Notes: a model not told the origin generated them from the letters alone. DNA of 64,000 nt from an uncultured Gemmatimonadales bacterium (GCA_963821525.1 CAWGED010000019.1:384001-448000), one strand, 5' to 3'. Shown: positions 20,715 to 32,790, counted from the first letter of the stretch. Numbers and translations are program-made.

Positions 20715-22630
20715 CGCTGGTCCGTCGCTTCAGCCGCCCTGGTCCACTCCGCGAATGCCTCCTCCAACTCGGCGCGCGTAGCCTCAAGCTCGCGGGACAA
20801 CTCCTCCGCGCGTAACGCGGTGGCAGGGTCGGTGTAGATGGAGGAGTCCGAGAGCTTCGCCTCCAGCTCGGCGGCACGGCGCTCCAGGGTGTGAACTCTG
20901 GCCTCGGCCTGTTCCGCTTTGCGCCGCGCCGTTCGTGCCACCGACTGCTGGGTGCGAGACTGAACCGGCTGCTTGCTGCTTCGCCGAGGCGCAGCTGCTT
21001 TCGCGATTGCCTGCTGCCGCTCGGCCCGATCCGCTTTCGTCTCCTCCCAGTCCTCGAATCCACCCCCAAAGTCCTCGATGCGTCCGTTCTCGAGCGCCCA
21101 GACTCTGGTGGTAAGTGCTCTAAGCAGTGCCCGATCGTGGCTCACGATCAGTACCGTGCCCTCAAACACCTCGATCGCGTCTTCCAACGCTTCGATCGAC
21201 TCGACGTCCAGGTGATTGGTCGGCTCGTCGAAGACGAGCAGATTGGCTCCCTCCAGCATCATCATCGCCAGGGCCACCCGAGCCCGCTCTCCCCCTGAAA
21301 GACTTCCCGCTCTGCGCAGAACTTCGTCTCCCGAGAAATCGAAGCGACCCAGGTGGCCCTGAACCTGTCCGCGAGTCCATGCGGGGCGCATGTCGTTGAT
21401 GATGTCGAACAGGGTCTTCTCGTGAGGAACCTGAGCCAGGTCCTGGCGATAGAACGCGACCTGGACCGAATCGCCGATGCGCGCCGAGCCTTGAGCAGGG
21501 GGACGTTGGCCGAGCAGGGTCGCGAGCAGTGTGCTCTTCCCTGCACCGTTCGGTCCCACGAGTCCGGCGACGTCTCCCCGCCGGATAACGGAGGAGAAGT
21601 CTTCCAGCAGCACCCGGTCTTCCACCGTGACGCGGACGTGGTCCGCCACGAGCGCCTGGTCTCCGCCGCGGGCCCGGATGTCGAAGCGGATCGCCATCGA
21701 TCCCTGGTCTTCGGGTGGGGAGCTGAGTCGCGGGAGTCGGGTGAGACGACGACGGCGGCCCTTCGCCTGACGCGTATCCTGCCCCGCGATGTTGCGGCGG
21801 ATGAAATCCTCTTCCGCCGCGATGACCTTGCTCTGCTTGTCGAACGCGCGCTGCTGGCTGAGGCGACGCTCGGCGCGCTGGCGCACGAAGTCCGTGTAGC
21901 CGCCATCATAGGTCTGCCCGGTCCCACCCTCGAGGTGCAGCACGTGATCCGCGATGCCGTCGAGAAAGGCGCGGTCGTGGCTCACGATCAGCACGCTGCC
22001 GGGCAGAGCGCGCAGGTGCCCCTCGAGCCACTGCGTGGTCTCGAGGTCGAGGTGGTTGGTGGGCTCATCGAGGAGGAGCAGATCAGCCGGTGTCACCAGT
22101 TGGCAGGCGAGACCAAGCCGGCCCCGCTCGCCGCCGCTCAGAGTGCCGATCAGTTGGGTCCGCGCCCGGTCGGGATCGAATCCCAGGCCTTGCAGAACCG
22201 CCGCGACCCGAGCGTCGATCGCGTAGCCATCGGCGCGCTGGAACTGCTCGAGATCACGGTCGTAGCGCTGCAACAGGTCATTCGGTGCGTGCTCCCCCAG
22301 CTCTCCGATTTGAGCGGCATGGGTCAGCATCTGGTGCTCCAACTCCACCAGATGGGCGTAGGGAGAGAGGGCGGCGTCCCACACCGTTTCGACTCCGGGG
22401 AACTCCCGATGCTGGTCCAGCATCGTCACCCGGAGCCCGCTCGCCCGGCTCACGATGCCGCTGGTAGGATCCTGTTCCCCGGTGATGAGCCGAAACAGCG
22501 TGGTCTTGCCGCTCCCATTGCGACCCAAGATTCCCCAACGCTGCCGCTGGTCCACCACCAGGTTCAGGTTTTGGAAGAGGATGTTCCGGCCGTACTGCAC
22601 CGAGGCCGAAGAGATGTTTAGTAGAGACAA
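20711..22630 (-). CDS. ABC-F family ribosome-associated ATPase (Uup/YheS-like)
   Basis: Two ABC domains (GRNGSGKT, GPNGAGKS, LSGGE, DEPTNHLD), no TM, C-terminal coiled coil. Confidence 0.93.
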   Translation of the reverse strand: MSLLNISSASVQYGRNILFQNLNLVVDQRQRWGILGRNGSGKTTLFRLITGEQDPTSGIVSRASGLRVTMLDQHREFPGVETVWDAALSPYAHLVELEHQMLTHAAQIGELGEHAPNDLLQRYDRDLEQFQRADGYAIDARVAAVLQGLGFDPDRARTQLIGTLSGGERGRLGLACQLVTPADLLLLDEPTNHLDLETTQWLEGHLRALPGSVLIVSHDRAFLDGIADHVLHLEGGTGQTYDGGYTDFVRQRAERRLSQQRAFDKQSKVIAAEEDFIRRNIAGQDTRQAKGRRRRLTRLPRLSSPPEDQGSMAIRFDIRARGGDQALVADHVRVTVEDRVLLEDFSSVIRRGDVAGLVGPNGAGKSTLLATLLGQRPPAQGSARIGDSVQVAFYRQDLAQVPHEKTLFDIINDMRPAWTRGQVQGHLGRFDFSGDEVLRRAGSLSGGERARVALAMMMLEGANLLVFDEPTNHLDVESIEALEDAIEVFEGTVLIVSHDRALLRALTTRVWALENGRIEDFGGGFEDWEETKADRAERQQAIAKAAAPRRSSKQPVQSRTQQSVARTARRKAEQAEARVHTLERRAAELEAKLSDSSIYTDPATALRAEELSRELEATRAELEEAFAEWTRAAEATDQR

Positions 22631-22638
22631 GGACGGTG

Positions 22639-22692
22639 CCTTAGGCCATAAGCCTTAAGCCTTAGGCTTTCGGCTTAAGGCTTACGGCATTA
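22639..22692. repeat. Hairpin of 7-nt TAAGCCT units overlapping the end of the ArsC-like gene
   Basis: TAAGCCTTAAGCC ... GGCTTAAGGCTTA. Confidence 0.75.
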
Positions 22693-23036
22693 GGGGCGAG
22701 CCAGGAACCCCACTCTTCTACAGCAGAACCGATGGTGAGACGGCTTCCCTCCCGAACCAGCGGAGTGCGCAGCAGGAGAGGTTCGCGGGTCAGCAGATCG
22801 AGCCAGCGGTCATCCGAGTACGCCGCCGACTTGAGGCCAAGCGCGGTGTAGCGTTTGGAGTCCGGGTCCACCAGGGCCTTCACCCCGAATTTCTGCGCGA
22901 AGCGACGCAGCTCGCCGAGTGAGGCGGCGCGCTCTTCCAGGTCCACGAAGTGCACGTTGATCCGTCGCTCCGCGAAGAAGCGGAGCGCCGCCCGCACGTC
23001 GGGATTCTTCCTGGTGCCAAAGATCTGGGGGTTCAT
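22662..23036 (-). CDS. ArsC/Spx/YffB-family protein lacking the N-terminal Cys
   Basis: QIFGTRK..VRAALRFF, PLLLRTPLV. Confidence 0.8.
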   Translation of the reverse strand: MNPQIFGTRKNPDVRAALRFFAERRINVHFVDLEERAASLGELRRFAQKFGVKALVDPDSKRYTALGLKSAAYSDDRWLDLLTREPLLLRTPLVREGSRLTIGSAVEEWGSWLAPNAVSLKPKA

Positions 23037-24799
23037 GCGCGGGAGGAATGTAAGAGGCGCCGGGAGGGCCGGTAGGGGAAGAAGTCGATGACCTCGCCGG
23101 CACGCGCCAGCTCCTGCATGCGGCGCCAGAACTCGACGCTCAGCAGGTCGGCGTGGACCCGCATGAACGCCTCACCCAAGCGCGCCCGGGCAGAGCGAGA
23201 AAGGCGCGAAACTCCTCGGGAAACACGTCGCGCTCGCCGACCGAGAACCAGGGTTCCGCTGAGAGCTCATCCTCGACCGTTCGCGCCCGAGGCATCTCGC
23301 GGAAGTTGCACTCGGTCAGAAGGCACAGTTCGTCGTAGTCGTAAAAGATCACCCGGCCGTGACGGGTCACCCCAAAATTCTTGAGCAGCATGTCGCCGGT
23401 GAAGATGTTTGCGGCGGCGAGATCCTTAATCGCCTGCCCATAGTCCAGTACCGCCTCTACCGCATCCTCGGCACTGGCCTCACGGAGATAGAGGTTGAGC
23501 GGCGTGACCCTGCGCTCGGTGTAGAGATGGCGAACCCGCACCCGCTCACCTTCCACCAGGACGCTGGTCGCCGCGACGTCTTCCAGCTCCTCCAGCAGAC
23601 CCGGAGCAAACCGCTCCCGGGCAAACTCCAGATCCTCGAACTCCTGGGCATCGGCGAGGCGACCTACCCGGTCCCGGAGGAAGACCAAGTGATACTTGTT
23701 CATCACTTCCTGGCGGGTCGTGGTCTTGGGCGCTCCGAAGTGGTCGCGGATCACCTTGAAAACCACATTGAGGGATGGGAGGGCGAAGACGCTCATCACC
23801 AGGCCCTTGTCTCCGGGGGCCAGCTCGAAGCGGCCATCACCCTTCTCCAGATTCCGCAGGAGCGCTCGTACCAACTCGGTCTTGCCATGCTTGTGATAGC
23901 CGAGTGAGGTGTACAGCTCGTCTACAGGCTTCTGCGGCATGAGGGTGCGGAGGAAGTCCACCATCGCGCGGGGGCGCTCCAGCTCTACCTGGAAATACGA
24001 ACGGGTGAAGCTGAATACGATGCTCACTTCATCCGAGGTGGCGAGGACCGCGTCCACTTCGACTCCGTGGTCGCCGTGAACCAGGGGCAGAACGAGGGGC
24101 AGGTAGGTTCCACCGATCCGCAGCCGGCCGATGAGATAGGTTCCCTTGTTGCGATAGAAGGGGACCGGGACGACTTCGATGGCGTCGAGCGACACATCGC
24201 CGCTCTGGCGCTTGAGCTCTTCCGCCAAGGCATCGGCGGTCAGTCGGGCATCGAGCTCCAGGTCGCGGAAGAGCGGAGAGAAGGGGAGGTCTCGAAGAAG
24301 CTGCTCGATCACCGCCTCGATCCGGCCGCGCACCACGTAGGTTCGCAACACCGGCTCGACCAGGAGCCGACGGCAGGGCACGAAAGTCGGCGTCCTCGAA
24401 GTAGACTCCCGACGCTGGTCCCGATACTCGTACCAGCTGGCGGGCCACCGAATTGAAGAAGGTCAACGCCAGCTCGGGATTGGGCTGACCCGACGCGATT
24501 CGAGCGTACTGAGTTCTCAGGGCCTGCCAGAGCTGGAGCTCGCTGTGCCCAGGACCAAGCGATCGCTTCAGGTCCTGAACCACCCAGTTCACGAACTGGC
24601 GGTAGAGCGTGAGCCGCTCCATGGCATCCTGCTGACCTCCACGCCAGTCCCGTTGGATGAAGCGTGCGGCAGCACGGCGGGTCACCAGTCCGAACTGTGC
24701 CTGGTGCGCGTCATAAACCGCGAGGATCGCCTCGGCGGTTTCCACGACCAGGCCGTGGCGGAAGATGCCGTCGGGGACGGGGTCTGAGGATTCTTCCAT
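23033..24799 (-). CDS. aceK: Isocitrate dehydrogenase kinase/phosphatase; apparent frameshifts at ~24370 and ~23180
   Basis: [60 protein letters not shown]; stop overlaps the next ATG (ATGA). Confidence 0.92.
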
Positions 24800-24869
24800 G
24801 CAGGTATATTGCTGCTACACTGGCAGGAACGGAACGTACCACTCACTCCTCAGTCCTCCTCACTCGACT

Positions 24870-26117
<1,248 letters not shown>

Positions 26118-26146
26118 GTGTTGCCGGACTCGAATAGTTTTCGATC

Positions 26147-26587
26147 ATGGCGGACTTTGACCGGACCATCCAGCGCTTCGCGTCGGCGGACAGCCAGCTC
26201 AGGCTCGAGTTGCTGCTCGACTATGCCAGGAAGCTGCCCGCCCTGCCCGAGCGCTACCGGCTCGCGAAAGAAAAGGGGGAGAACAAGGTGCCGGAGTGCA
26301 TGTCTCCGGTCTTTCTCTTCCTGGAGGCGAACGACGGCAAGCTCACCCTCTTCGCCGATGCCCCGGTTGAAGCGCCAACAGTCCGGGGATTCGTGGCCCT
26401 GCTGGCGCGGGAGATAAAGGACGCGTCTCCCAAAGACGTCGCCGCGATCCCCAGCGACCTGCTCGATCGCCTGAGGCTGACGGAGCTGCTGGGGATGACG
26501 AGGATGCAGGGGCTGACCGCGATCGTGGCGCGGATAAAGACGGATGGCGACGGCGGGGATTGCCGATTGACGATTGCTGATTGCTGA
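26147..26587 (+). CDS. sufE: SufE-family sulfur acceptor
   Basis: LLLDYARKLP, VPECMSPVF, EAPTVRGF, RMQG. Confidence 0.85.
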   Translation: MADFDRTIQRFASADSQLRLELLLDYARKLPALPERYRLAKEKGENKVPECMSPVFLFLEANDGKLTLFADAPVEAPTVRGFVALLAREIKDASPKDVAAIPSDLLDRLRLTELLGMTRMQGLTAIVARIKTDGDGGDCRLTIADC

Positions 26588-26644
26588 TTGAAAACATGGA
26601 CGCCTGGCGTTCAATCAGCAATCGACAATCAGCAATCGTCAATT
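26558..26644. repeat. Inverted repeat of 5+5 GATTGnn heptamers between convergent genes
   Basis: GATTGCC GATTGAC GATTGCT GATTGCT GATTGAA ... TTCAATC AGCAATC GACAATC AGCAATC GTCAATT. Confidence 0.9.
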
Positions 26645-27530
26645 ACTTCTCGATCGGCACCCTCACGCTATTCCCCCACTCGGTCCACGATCCGTCGTAG
26701 TTCCGCACCATCTCGAAGCCAAGCAGGTAGGTAAGGGCGAACCAGCTGTGGCTGGAGCGCTCGCCGATACGGCAGTAGGCAATCACGTCGTCCTTGGGCC
26801 CCAAGCCCTGCTCTTCGACATATAGCCGCTTGAGCTCGCCCGCCGTCCGGAAGACGTGGGTATCGGGATCCACGGCGCGGGCCCACGGGATGCTCCTGGC
26901 GCCGGGAATGTGCCCGCCTCGCACCGCGCCTTCGTTGGGGTAGTCAGGCATGTGCAGCCGCTCTCCCCGATACTCCTCGGGACTCCGCACGTCGACCAGC
27001 TTTCCCTTCTTCGTCACGTGCGCCAGCACATCCTCGCGAAAGGCGCGGATGGCCCGATCGTCCCGCTCGCCTACGGTGATGTTGCCAGCGGGATATGACG
27101 GCACGTCGGTCGTGAGCGGGCGTCCTTCATCTACCCAGCGGGCGCGTCCGCCATCCATCAGTCTGAGCCGTTCCAGACCGAAGAGGCGGAAGACCCAAAA
27201 GGCGTAGGTCGACCACCAGTTGTTCTTGTCTCCGTAGAAGACCACGGTCGTGTCCGCGTTGATCCCCTTGGAGCGGAGGAGGGCCTGGAACCGCGTCCGG
27301 TCGAGATAATCCCGCTGCACCGGATCGTTCAGGTCATTGACCCAGTCGATCTTGACCGCGCCGGGGATGTGCCCGGTGTCATAGAGCAGAAGGTCTTCAT
27401 TGGATTCGATCAGCCGGACCGATCGATCGTTCAGTCTCTCAGCAACCCAATCGGTGGAGACCAGCACCTCGGGGTGGACGTAACCCCGCGTTTCGATCGG
27501 CGTGATGGGCGCCGCTTTTACCTGCGTCAT
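26643..27530 (-). CDS. sseA: Two-domain rhodanese / thiosulfate sulfurtransferase (SseA/CysA type)
   Basis: GHIPGA twice, active-site [19 protein letters not shown] before ATG 27530. Confidence 0.92.
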   Translation of the reverse strand: MTQVKAAPITPIETRGYVHPEVLVSTDWVAERLNDRSVRLIESNEDLLLYDTGHIPGAVKIDWVNDLNDPVQRDYLDRTRFQALLRSKGINADTTVVFYGDKNNWWSTYAFWVFRLFGLERLRLMDGGRARWVDEGRPLTTDVPSYPAGNITVGERDDRAIRAFREDVLAHVTKKGKLVDVRSPEEYRGERLHMPDYPNEGAVRGGHIPGARSIPWARAVDPDTHVFRTAGELKRLYVEEQGLGPKDDVIAYCRIGERSSHSWFALTYLLGFEMVRNYDGSWTEWGNSVRVPIEK

Positions 27531-27677
27531 AGAAACCTCCCGAAATGAAGCGGCCGCAACTCTGAGAGGGAGCCGCGGCCGGCAGACCAGCAAGAAAGGT
27601 CATTTTGCGCGACGGCTTACCCCCGCCACCCGGGCGGCGAGAGGTGACTGCAACACAAACCGTTCGCTTCGCGCTTC

Positions 27678-28169
27678 ATGGGGTACAAATACGACCGCGG
27701 CAGTCGGGATGTCAAGATGGGACATGCGGCTGTAACGGCAAAGATGCGTCCTCCGGGTATTTCGGATACTATATGTAGCATGAGTAATCGATACCGCCGA
27801 TCGGGCGAGACGATCACTGCCGTCGCCTGGGCGCAGGCTGCGCCAGGGTGCGCGGATCTGCTCCGGCGGGGCGCGTGGTATCCTATTGTCAAAGAAGAAG
27901 ATGAAGGCCACGTGGTACTCGACGTGGACCAGCAGCCGGTGCGGGTCAGCCGGGAGGATCTGCGGATCCGTCCCGACCGCCCCGAGACTTGGAGCGTGGT
28001 AGTGCGTACTGGGGTCATGCGACCCACGCTTTCAGGGGTCAAGCTGGTAACGACTTACGCGGTCTGCCCCGATTGCCATGCCCGCCAGGAGTTCGAAGGC
28101 CATCCGGACACTCTGATCTGCGCCCGCTGCCGCCGAGCTGCCAAGGTGGATTGGTCCACGACGCTCTGA
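27678..28169 (+). CDS. Hypothetical protein with C-terminal zinc ribbon (start uncertain)
   Basis: CPDC...CARC. Confidence 0.55.
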   Translation: MGYKYDRGSRDVKMGHAAVTAKMRPPGISDTICSMSNRYRRSGETITAVAWAQAAPGCADLLRRGAWYPIVKEEDEGHVVLDVDQQPVRVSREDLRIRPDRPETWSVVVRTGVMRPTLSGVKLVTTYAVCPDCHARQEFEGHPDTLICARCRRAAKVDWSTTL

Positions 28170-28298
28170 GGCGATGAAAAGCGTGGTCTGGGAACGCCAA
28201 CGCTGTCTGGCCGCCATCCGTACATCCCGGTGGCATGGGTCGCCCCATGAGTCGGGGCCGAGGCGCGCGAACCAGACGGCAACGAGGCGAATCTGATC

Positions 28299-29252
28299 AT
28301 GGGGCGTACCGGCCAATGGGCCCAGTTGCGAGTCCGACGGCCGCTGACACCGGCGCGAGATGCGCGTCATCCCCCGATACCGGGACTCAAGGTCCCGAGT
28401 CGAACCCCCCGCCGCGCCAGATGGATATCAGGGCTCGGCAGCCTGCTGCTCCATCTCGCTGTCGCGATCGTGGTGATTGCCAACCTGCGAAAGACCGAGA
28501 CCGCCGCTGAGCAAAAGGCAGCGGAAGACAACAAGGGGCCCAGAGAAGTCCAACTGGTTTACATCCCACCGCCACCGAAGCCGGTAGCCAAACCGCAACC
28601 ACCGCCACCGACCCAGCCTCCTGCGGCGCCACTCACGCCGGGCCAGGACCAGACACCCGGTTCACTGGCCAAGGTGAGCCCGAAGCCGGAAGAAAACCCT
28701 AACGCTCCGCCCGAAGCGAAGCGTTCGGAGGCAACCGCCCCCGAGACCCAGGTTCCCCCAGACGACGGTGGCGCCACGAAGCATGAAGAGCAGCCCGTCT
28801 CGGCCTTCGCGCCTCTGGCGAAGAGGGCGGAGACGCCCAGTATCGAGTCCGAGGCCCAACGGATCTTCGGCCGTCCTCTCACCAGGGCTGGCGAGGAGTC
28901 CGGCGTTCGCGATTCGCGTCCCTGGGAATCGCCGCTGGATTGGACGTCGAATGGGTGCACGGCTCCAAAGCAGGATGACTCCACTGCCGCTGACAGCATG
29001 GGCGTGGTTCAGGGCCGCGTCTTCCGGGAGAACGGCCGGCCGTTGCCCGGAGCACATCTTCAGGTCCTCGGCACCCCCTACTACACCTATTCGGACCCGA
29101 ACGGCGCTTTTCGCCTGGTCTTCGATCGCTCGCTGGTGGACAACTGCCGGACTCAGTCGGTCCGCGTCTGGGCTCCGGGATACCGGGCGCGAGATCTGAT
29201 TCTGTATGTGGGGCCGGCGACGAGCTCGGATGTGGTACTGCATAACCACTAG
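28299..29252 (+). CDS. Membrane-anchored Pro-rich protein with C-terminal carboxypeptidase-regulatory-like domain
   Basis: TM SLLLHLAVAIVV, PPPPKP linker, GRV..ENGRPLPGA.L.V...APGY. Confidence 0.65.
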   Translation: MGRTGQWAQLRVRRPLTPARDARHPPIPGLKVPSRTPRRARWISGLGSLLLHLAVAIVVIANLRKTETAAEQKAAEDNKGPREVQLVYIPPPPKPVAKPQPPPPTQPPAAPLTPGQDQTPGSLAKVSPKPEENPNAPPEAKRSEATAPETQVPPDDGGATKHEEQPVSAFAPLAKRAETPSIESEAQRIFGRPLTRAGEESGVRDSRPWESPLDWTSNGCTAPKQDDSTAADSMGVVQGRVFRENGRPLPGAHLQVLGTPYYTYSDPNGAFRLVFDRSLVDNCRTQSVRVWAPGYRARDLILYVGPATSSDVVLHNH

Positions 29253-29390
29253 CCGTCAGCCGTCAGCTATTAGCGGTTAGCGATTAGCTGTTAGCCGATT
29301 AGGGAAGAGACCCTCCGATGGAGTTGCCACCGGAGGGTCTCGTTCTTTCAGCGTCACTGCTAATCGCTAACCGCTAATAGCTAACAGCTA
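29250..29390. repeat. TAGCnnT heptamer arms enclosing a GC-rich terminator hairpin (29307-29341)
   Basis: AGCTATTAGCGGTTAGCGATTAGC has an exact reverse complement in the right arm; inner stem GAGACCCTCCG/CGGAGGGTCTC. Confidence 0.9.
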
Positions 29391-30662
29391 GTTCGGCGCG
29401 TGCACGGACACATTCCCATAGTCCCGGTTAAACCCGATGCCGGGCCCATGCACGTTGAAGCCGTAGTTGTTGTCGATCTTGGCAATGTACTGGCGCAGTG
29501 AGCCGGGGAACGAGTGGGTGCGCGCGTTCTTGCCGAAGGGGTCGGTGTACCAGGTCGTCGGACCATCCTTGTTGTCGATCTGGTTGCTGTTGATGTCTAC
29601 TCCGCGCCGGACCCCGTCGAACAGCGAGCGCGGGTCGTCATAGGTCAGGTTCAGGACGGCGCCATTCTGGGTCGAGTTGTCGCACAGCGACCCCTGCGCC
29701 CGGTTACCCGAGGCAGTGACTTCGTAGCACACGGAGATCGGCCGACCGGTGATGTCGGTCAGAGACGGGTCGTAGAACCGGCTCGGGAAGAACACCTGAT
29801 AGTAGGGATCGAAGTGGGCCAGGGTGTGGCCGTCCTGCGTCCTGACGCTGTTGGAGGTCTGCCAGCTCTCGTGCAGCGCGGAGAAGAAGTCCGACTGCTG
29901 CCCCGGAGGCACCAGCATGAACTGTTCGACGCAGGTACGGTCCGGGATAACCCGCTGGCCGCCGCCGTTGGGTGAATTGGCCGGCACGGCAGGTCCCACC
30001 TGGACGTGGACATTCCCGTCGCAGGTGCGAGTGAATTCGCCGGGCGTTCCGATCGCCGCCATGAAGACGGTGTGCAGCTCGGTCCCGTCGCTGCACTTCA
30101 GGTGGTAGACCAGCTCGTGCAGGTTGTTGGTAAAGGCATCCTTGGAGTGGGTGCCCTGATGCAGCTTGGTCAGCACGTCGCACTTGACCTTGAAAAGCGA
30201 GCCAGCGACGTCGCTGCCGAGGTCGAACTCGACGTCGTTCTCCCACTCGACCTTATGGCCGAAGTGATCCTCGTGCCGCACGTTCTGCGGGTCGTAGGTG
30301 TCGAGCGCCTCATTAGCCAGCCCGAACGGAATCGGTCCCACGTCCTGATAGAGCTTGGACCCGCGCGGGTCACGCCCGTGATCGTGGCCAAAGCTGCAGC
30401 CGGTCGCCGGGTCCACCGGCGGGTGCCAGGTCGGATAGCGCTTCCCGTCAGGTCCAACCACCGAATAGGCGTCGTGCTGGGCCTTGGTACAGGTGTCGTT
30501 GGGTCCCGGAGTCCACTGTCCGTACTGGAAGCTGGGGCCGATCTCAGACGGCGGATCATATCCCTGGAATCCGTCGCTCCCGCAGGCCACCACCCAGAGC
30601 AGAGCCTGGGGCAGCAGTATCCAGCGAGCGGCGCGGCGCGAAGCTCTCATCGAACGGATCAT
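29388..30662 (-). CDS. Hypothetical His/Cys-rich lipoprotein
   Basis: Lipobox WVVAC; YPTWHPP..C.FGHDHG, RHEDHFGHK and LHQGTH motifs. Confidence 0.75.
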   Translation of the reverse strand: MIRSMRASRRAARWILLPQALLWVVACGSDGFQGYDPPSEIGPSFQYGQWTPGPNDTCTKAQHDAYSVVGPDGKRYPTWHPPVDPATGCSFGHDHGRDPRGSKLYQDVGPIPFGLANEALDTYDPQNVRHEDHFGHKVEWENDVEFDLGSDVAGSLFKVKCDVLTKLHQGTHSKDAFTNNLHELVYHLKCSDGTELHTVFMAAIGTPGEFTRTCDGNVHVQVGPAVPANSPNGGGQRVIPDRTCVEQFMLVPPGQQSDFFSALHESWQTSNSVRTQDGHTLAHFDPYYQVFFPSRFYDPSLTDITGRPISVCYEVTASGNRAQGSLCDNSTQNGAVLNLTYDDPRSLFDGVRRGVDINSNQIDNKDGPTTWYTDPFGKNARTHSFPGSLRQYIAKIDNNYGFNVHGPGIGFNRDYGNVSVHAPN

Positions 30663-30729
30663 CAGGACCTCCTGCCCACGGGCTTGGGAAACGGCTGAAT
30701 CGACTGCGTGACCGGTCGGGACGGGAACA

Positions 30730-31314
30730 TCAATGGAACGTCACCGACAGGCCGACCTGAATCAGACTGCTGTTCGCCGAGCCATCCACGACGGTGTCAT
30801 TGAAATGGAATTCGGAGCTGCTGGTGCCGATGAAATTGGCGTAAGGGCCGATCGCGACACTCTTGGAGATCGCGACATCGTAGCCGACGCCGATTTGCCC
30901 GCTTACCGCGGACGTCTTGAAGTGATCGTCATCCTTCGAGGCGGAGTACTTCGAAAGCCCGCCACCGGCCTTGACGTAGAAACCACTGCTCCGGCTGGGG
31001 TACATCCAGAACGAGAGGCCGAATGAGCCGAGCAGCTTGCTGACGTCCTGCTTGTCGTACCAGGCATCGACCTCGAGACCGAGCAGGAATTGGTCTGTGA
31101 GAGCGAAGCCCATCTTGGCAAAGCCGGAAACGTCGCCCTCGCGACTCTCCTGGCAGAGGTTGCACGACAGCTTGGCCGACCCGTATCCAAACCCGAACCC
31201 AATGAAGGGACCGCGCCGCGAAGGGACATCCTGCGCCTGGAGGCTGACCGCAGCCCCGACCAGGGTCACGATGCTGATTGCCAGACAAAGCAACGTTCTC
31301 GGCTTGCCGTGCAT
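30730..31314 (-). CDS. Small outer-membrane beta-barrel protein, paralog of 7076-7681
   Basis: GFYVKAGGG, GVGYDVAI, C-terminal VTFH; signal peptide. Confidence 0.7.
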   Translation of the reverse strand: MHGKPRTLLCLAISIVTLVGAAVSLQAQDVPSRRGPFIGFGFGYGSAKLSCNLCQESREGDVSGFAKMGFALTDQFLLGLEVDAWYDKQDVSKLLGSFGLSFWMYPSRSSGFYVKAGGGLSKYSASKDDDHFKTSAVSGQIGVGYDVAISKSVAIGPYANFIGTSSSEFHFNDTVVDGSANSSLIQVGLSVTFH

Positions 31315-31488
31315 AGCGAAGCCCCTCGACACGAGTAATCAGATCACAGGGAATGCAGCGAAAGTGCTTACGACAGCGTTAAAACGACTGTGATTTGGAC
31401 CACAGTGGAAGGGCGTGCGAATGCTTGACGGCTAGAAACGAGACGGGAGACGCCCCGGTGGAGCGCCTCCCGTTTGAGAGCGTCGAGA

Positions 31489-32790
31489 CTAACGAATGAT
31501 CCGCAAGCCTACGATCCGGCCCTGATCATCCACCAGGTAAATGGGTCCCTTGCGGATGTCGTTCTGCAGGTTCATTCCGGCTCTTGAGACCGACGCCATG
31601 AGCGGCGGGGGTGCCGGAATGGTGAATGGGTCGGCTTCCGAAACGTTCACGGTGTAGCCCAGATCCTGAAGCGAGGAGATGGTGGTCCGGCTCATCGGAT
31701 TCGGGGTGCTGCTGATGAAGCCGGTCATCAGCTCGTTATCGAAGATCGCCTCGCGCCAGTGGGAGTCGGCCGTCCCCGGGCCACAGGTATTCTCCACCGG
31801 GACCTTCGCCCCGCTATAGGTGCTCCCACCGTTCTGGGTGTTGAACGCGGAGATGGCGATCGCCCCGCTGAAATGGGTGTCGCAGGTCGGCGGCGGAGGC
31901 GTGCAGGGACTGGCCGGCGGCGGTGGCGGCGGATTGCAGACCGACGAAGGCGTCACGAGAAAGTTCTTGGTCGGATCGTCCCAGATGCTCCCGAATCCGA
32001 GCACGTGACCCATCTCGTGCAGAATCACGTCGTTCAACGTCCCGTTGGCTTCCATGTTGGGCAGGTCGGCGGTATCGAACTTCATGATCCCGATGACCGT
32101 CAGCTTGTTGCTGGTCCGGATGAAACAGGGTCCCGCCTGACCCAGCACCTTCCCCACCCCGTCGATGCCCACCAGGCTCACGAAGATCAGCAGGTCATCC
32201 ACGATGAAATTGCTGAGCGCCGGGTCGCCCACTCCGCAGGCGTTGGCCGCCTTGTTGGTGACCACGTCCGTGAGGTCGCCGGTAATGACCCGCGACCACC
32301 GGGCGGCCGCACCGTCGAAGGCCGCCTTCTGGGCCGTGGTCGGTGTCTGGAGGTAGTTGAGCGCGATTGTGAAGTTGGAGAGGACAGTCGAGGCGTTCGC
32401 GGTGAAGGTGACCGGACTTCCGGTCAGACCGGTTACCGTTGCCGTCACAGTATTGATTCCCGCCGTTGGACCCGTAGTCCAGGATCCCAGAGTCGCGATA
32501 CCGGCGTTATCGGTGACCGGGGTCGCTCCGGTGAGCGTCCCAGCTCCGGCGGTGACCGCGAAGGTCACAGTCACGCCGCCCACTCCGAAGTTGTTGGCGT
32601 CGGTGACCTTCACCGACGGCTTGGTCGTGACCGCCTGGCTCGTGACCGCGTTCTGAGTCGTCGCCGAGGTGGACGCGATCTGGGTGGCAGGCCCGACGTT
32701 GGTGCCGCCGTCGGTCGAACTGCTGCAGCTCGCAACCGCGGCCGCGGCAAACGCGACAAGCGCCGCCTTAATGGAATGGGAGCGACTCAT
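31489..32790 (-). CDS. Lipoprotein: Ig-like module plus leishmanolysin-like (M8) zinc metalloprotease
   Basis: Lipobox AVASC; HEMGHVLG, SHW, ELMT, LQDLGY. Confidence 0.88.
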   Translation of the reverse strand: MSRSHSIKAALVAFAAAAVASCSSSTDGGTNVGPATQIASTSATTQNAVTSQAVTTKPSVKVTDANNFGVGGVTVTFAVTAGAGTLTGATPVTDNAGIATLGSWTTGPTAGINTVTATVTGLTGSPVTFTANASTVLSNFTIALNYLQTPTTAQKAAFDGAAARWSRVITGDLTDVVTNKAANACGVGDPALSNFIVDDLLIFVSLVGIDGVGKVLGQAGPCFIRTSNKLTVIGIMKFDTADLPNMEANGTLNDVILHEMGHVLGFGSIWDDPTKNFLVTPSSVCNPPPPPPASPCTPPPPTCDTHFSGAIAISAFNTQNGGSTYSGAKVPVENTCGPGTADSHWREAIFDNELMTGFISSTPNPMSRTTISSLQDLGYTVNVSEADPFTIPAPPPLMASVSRAGMNLQNDIRKGPIYLVDDQGRIVGLRIIR

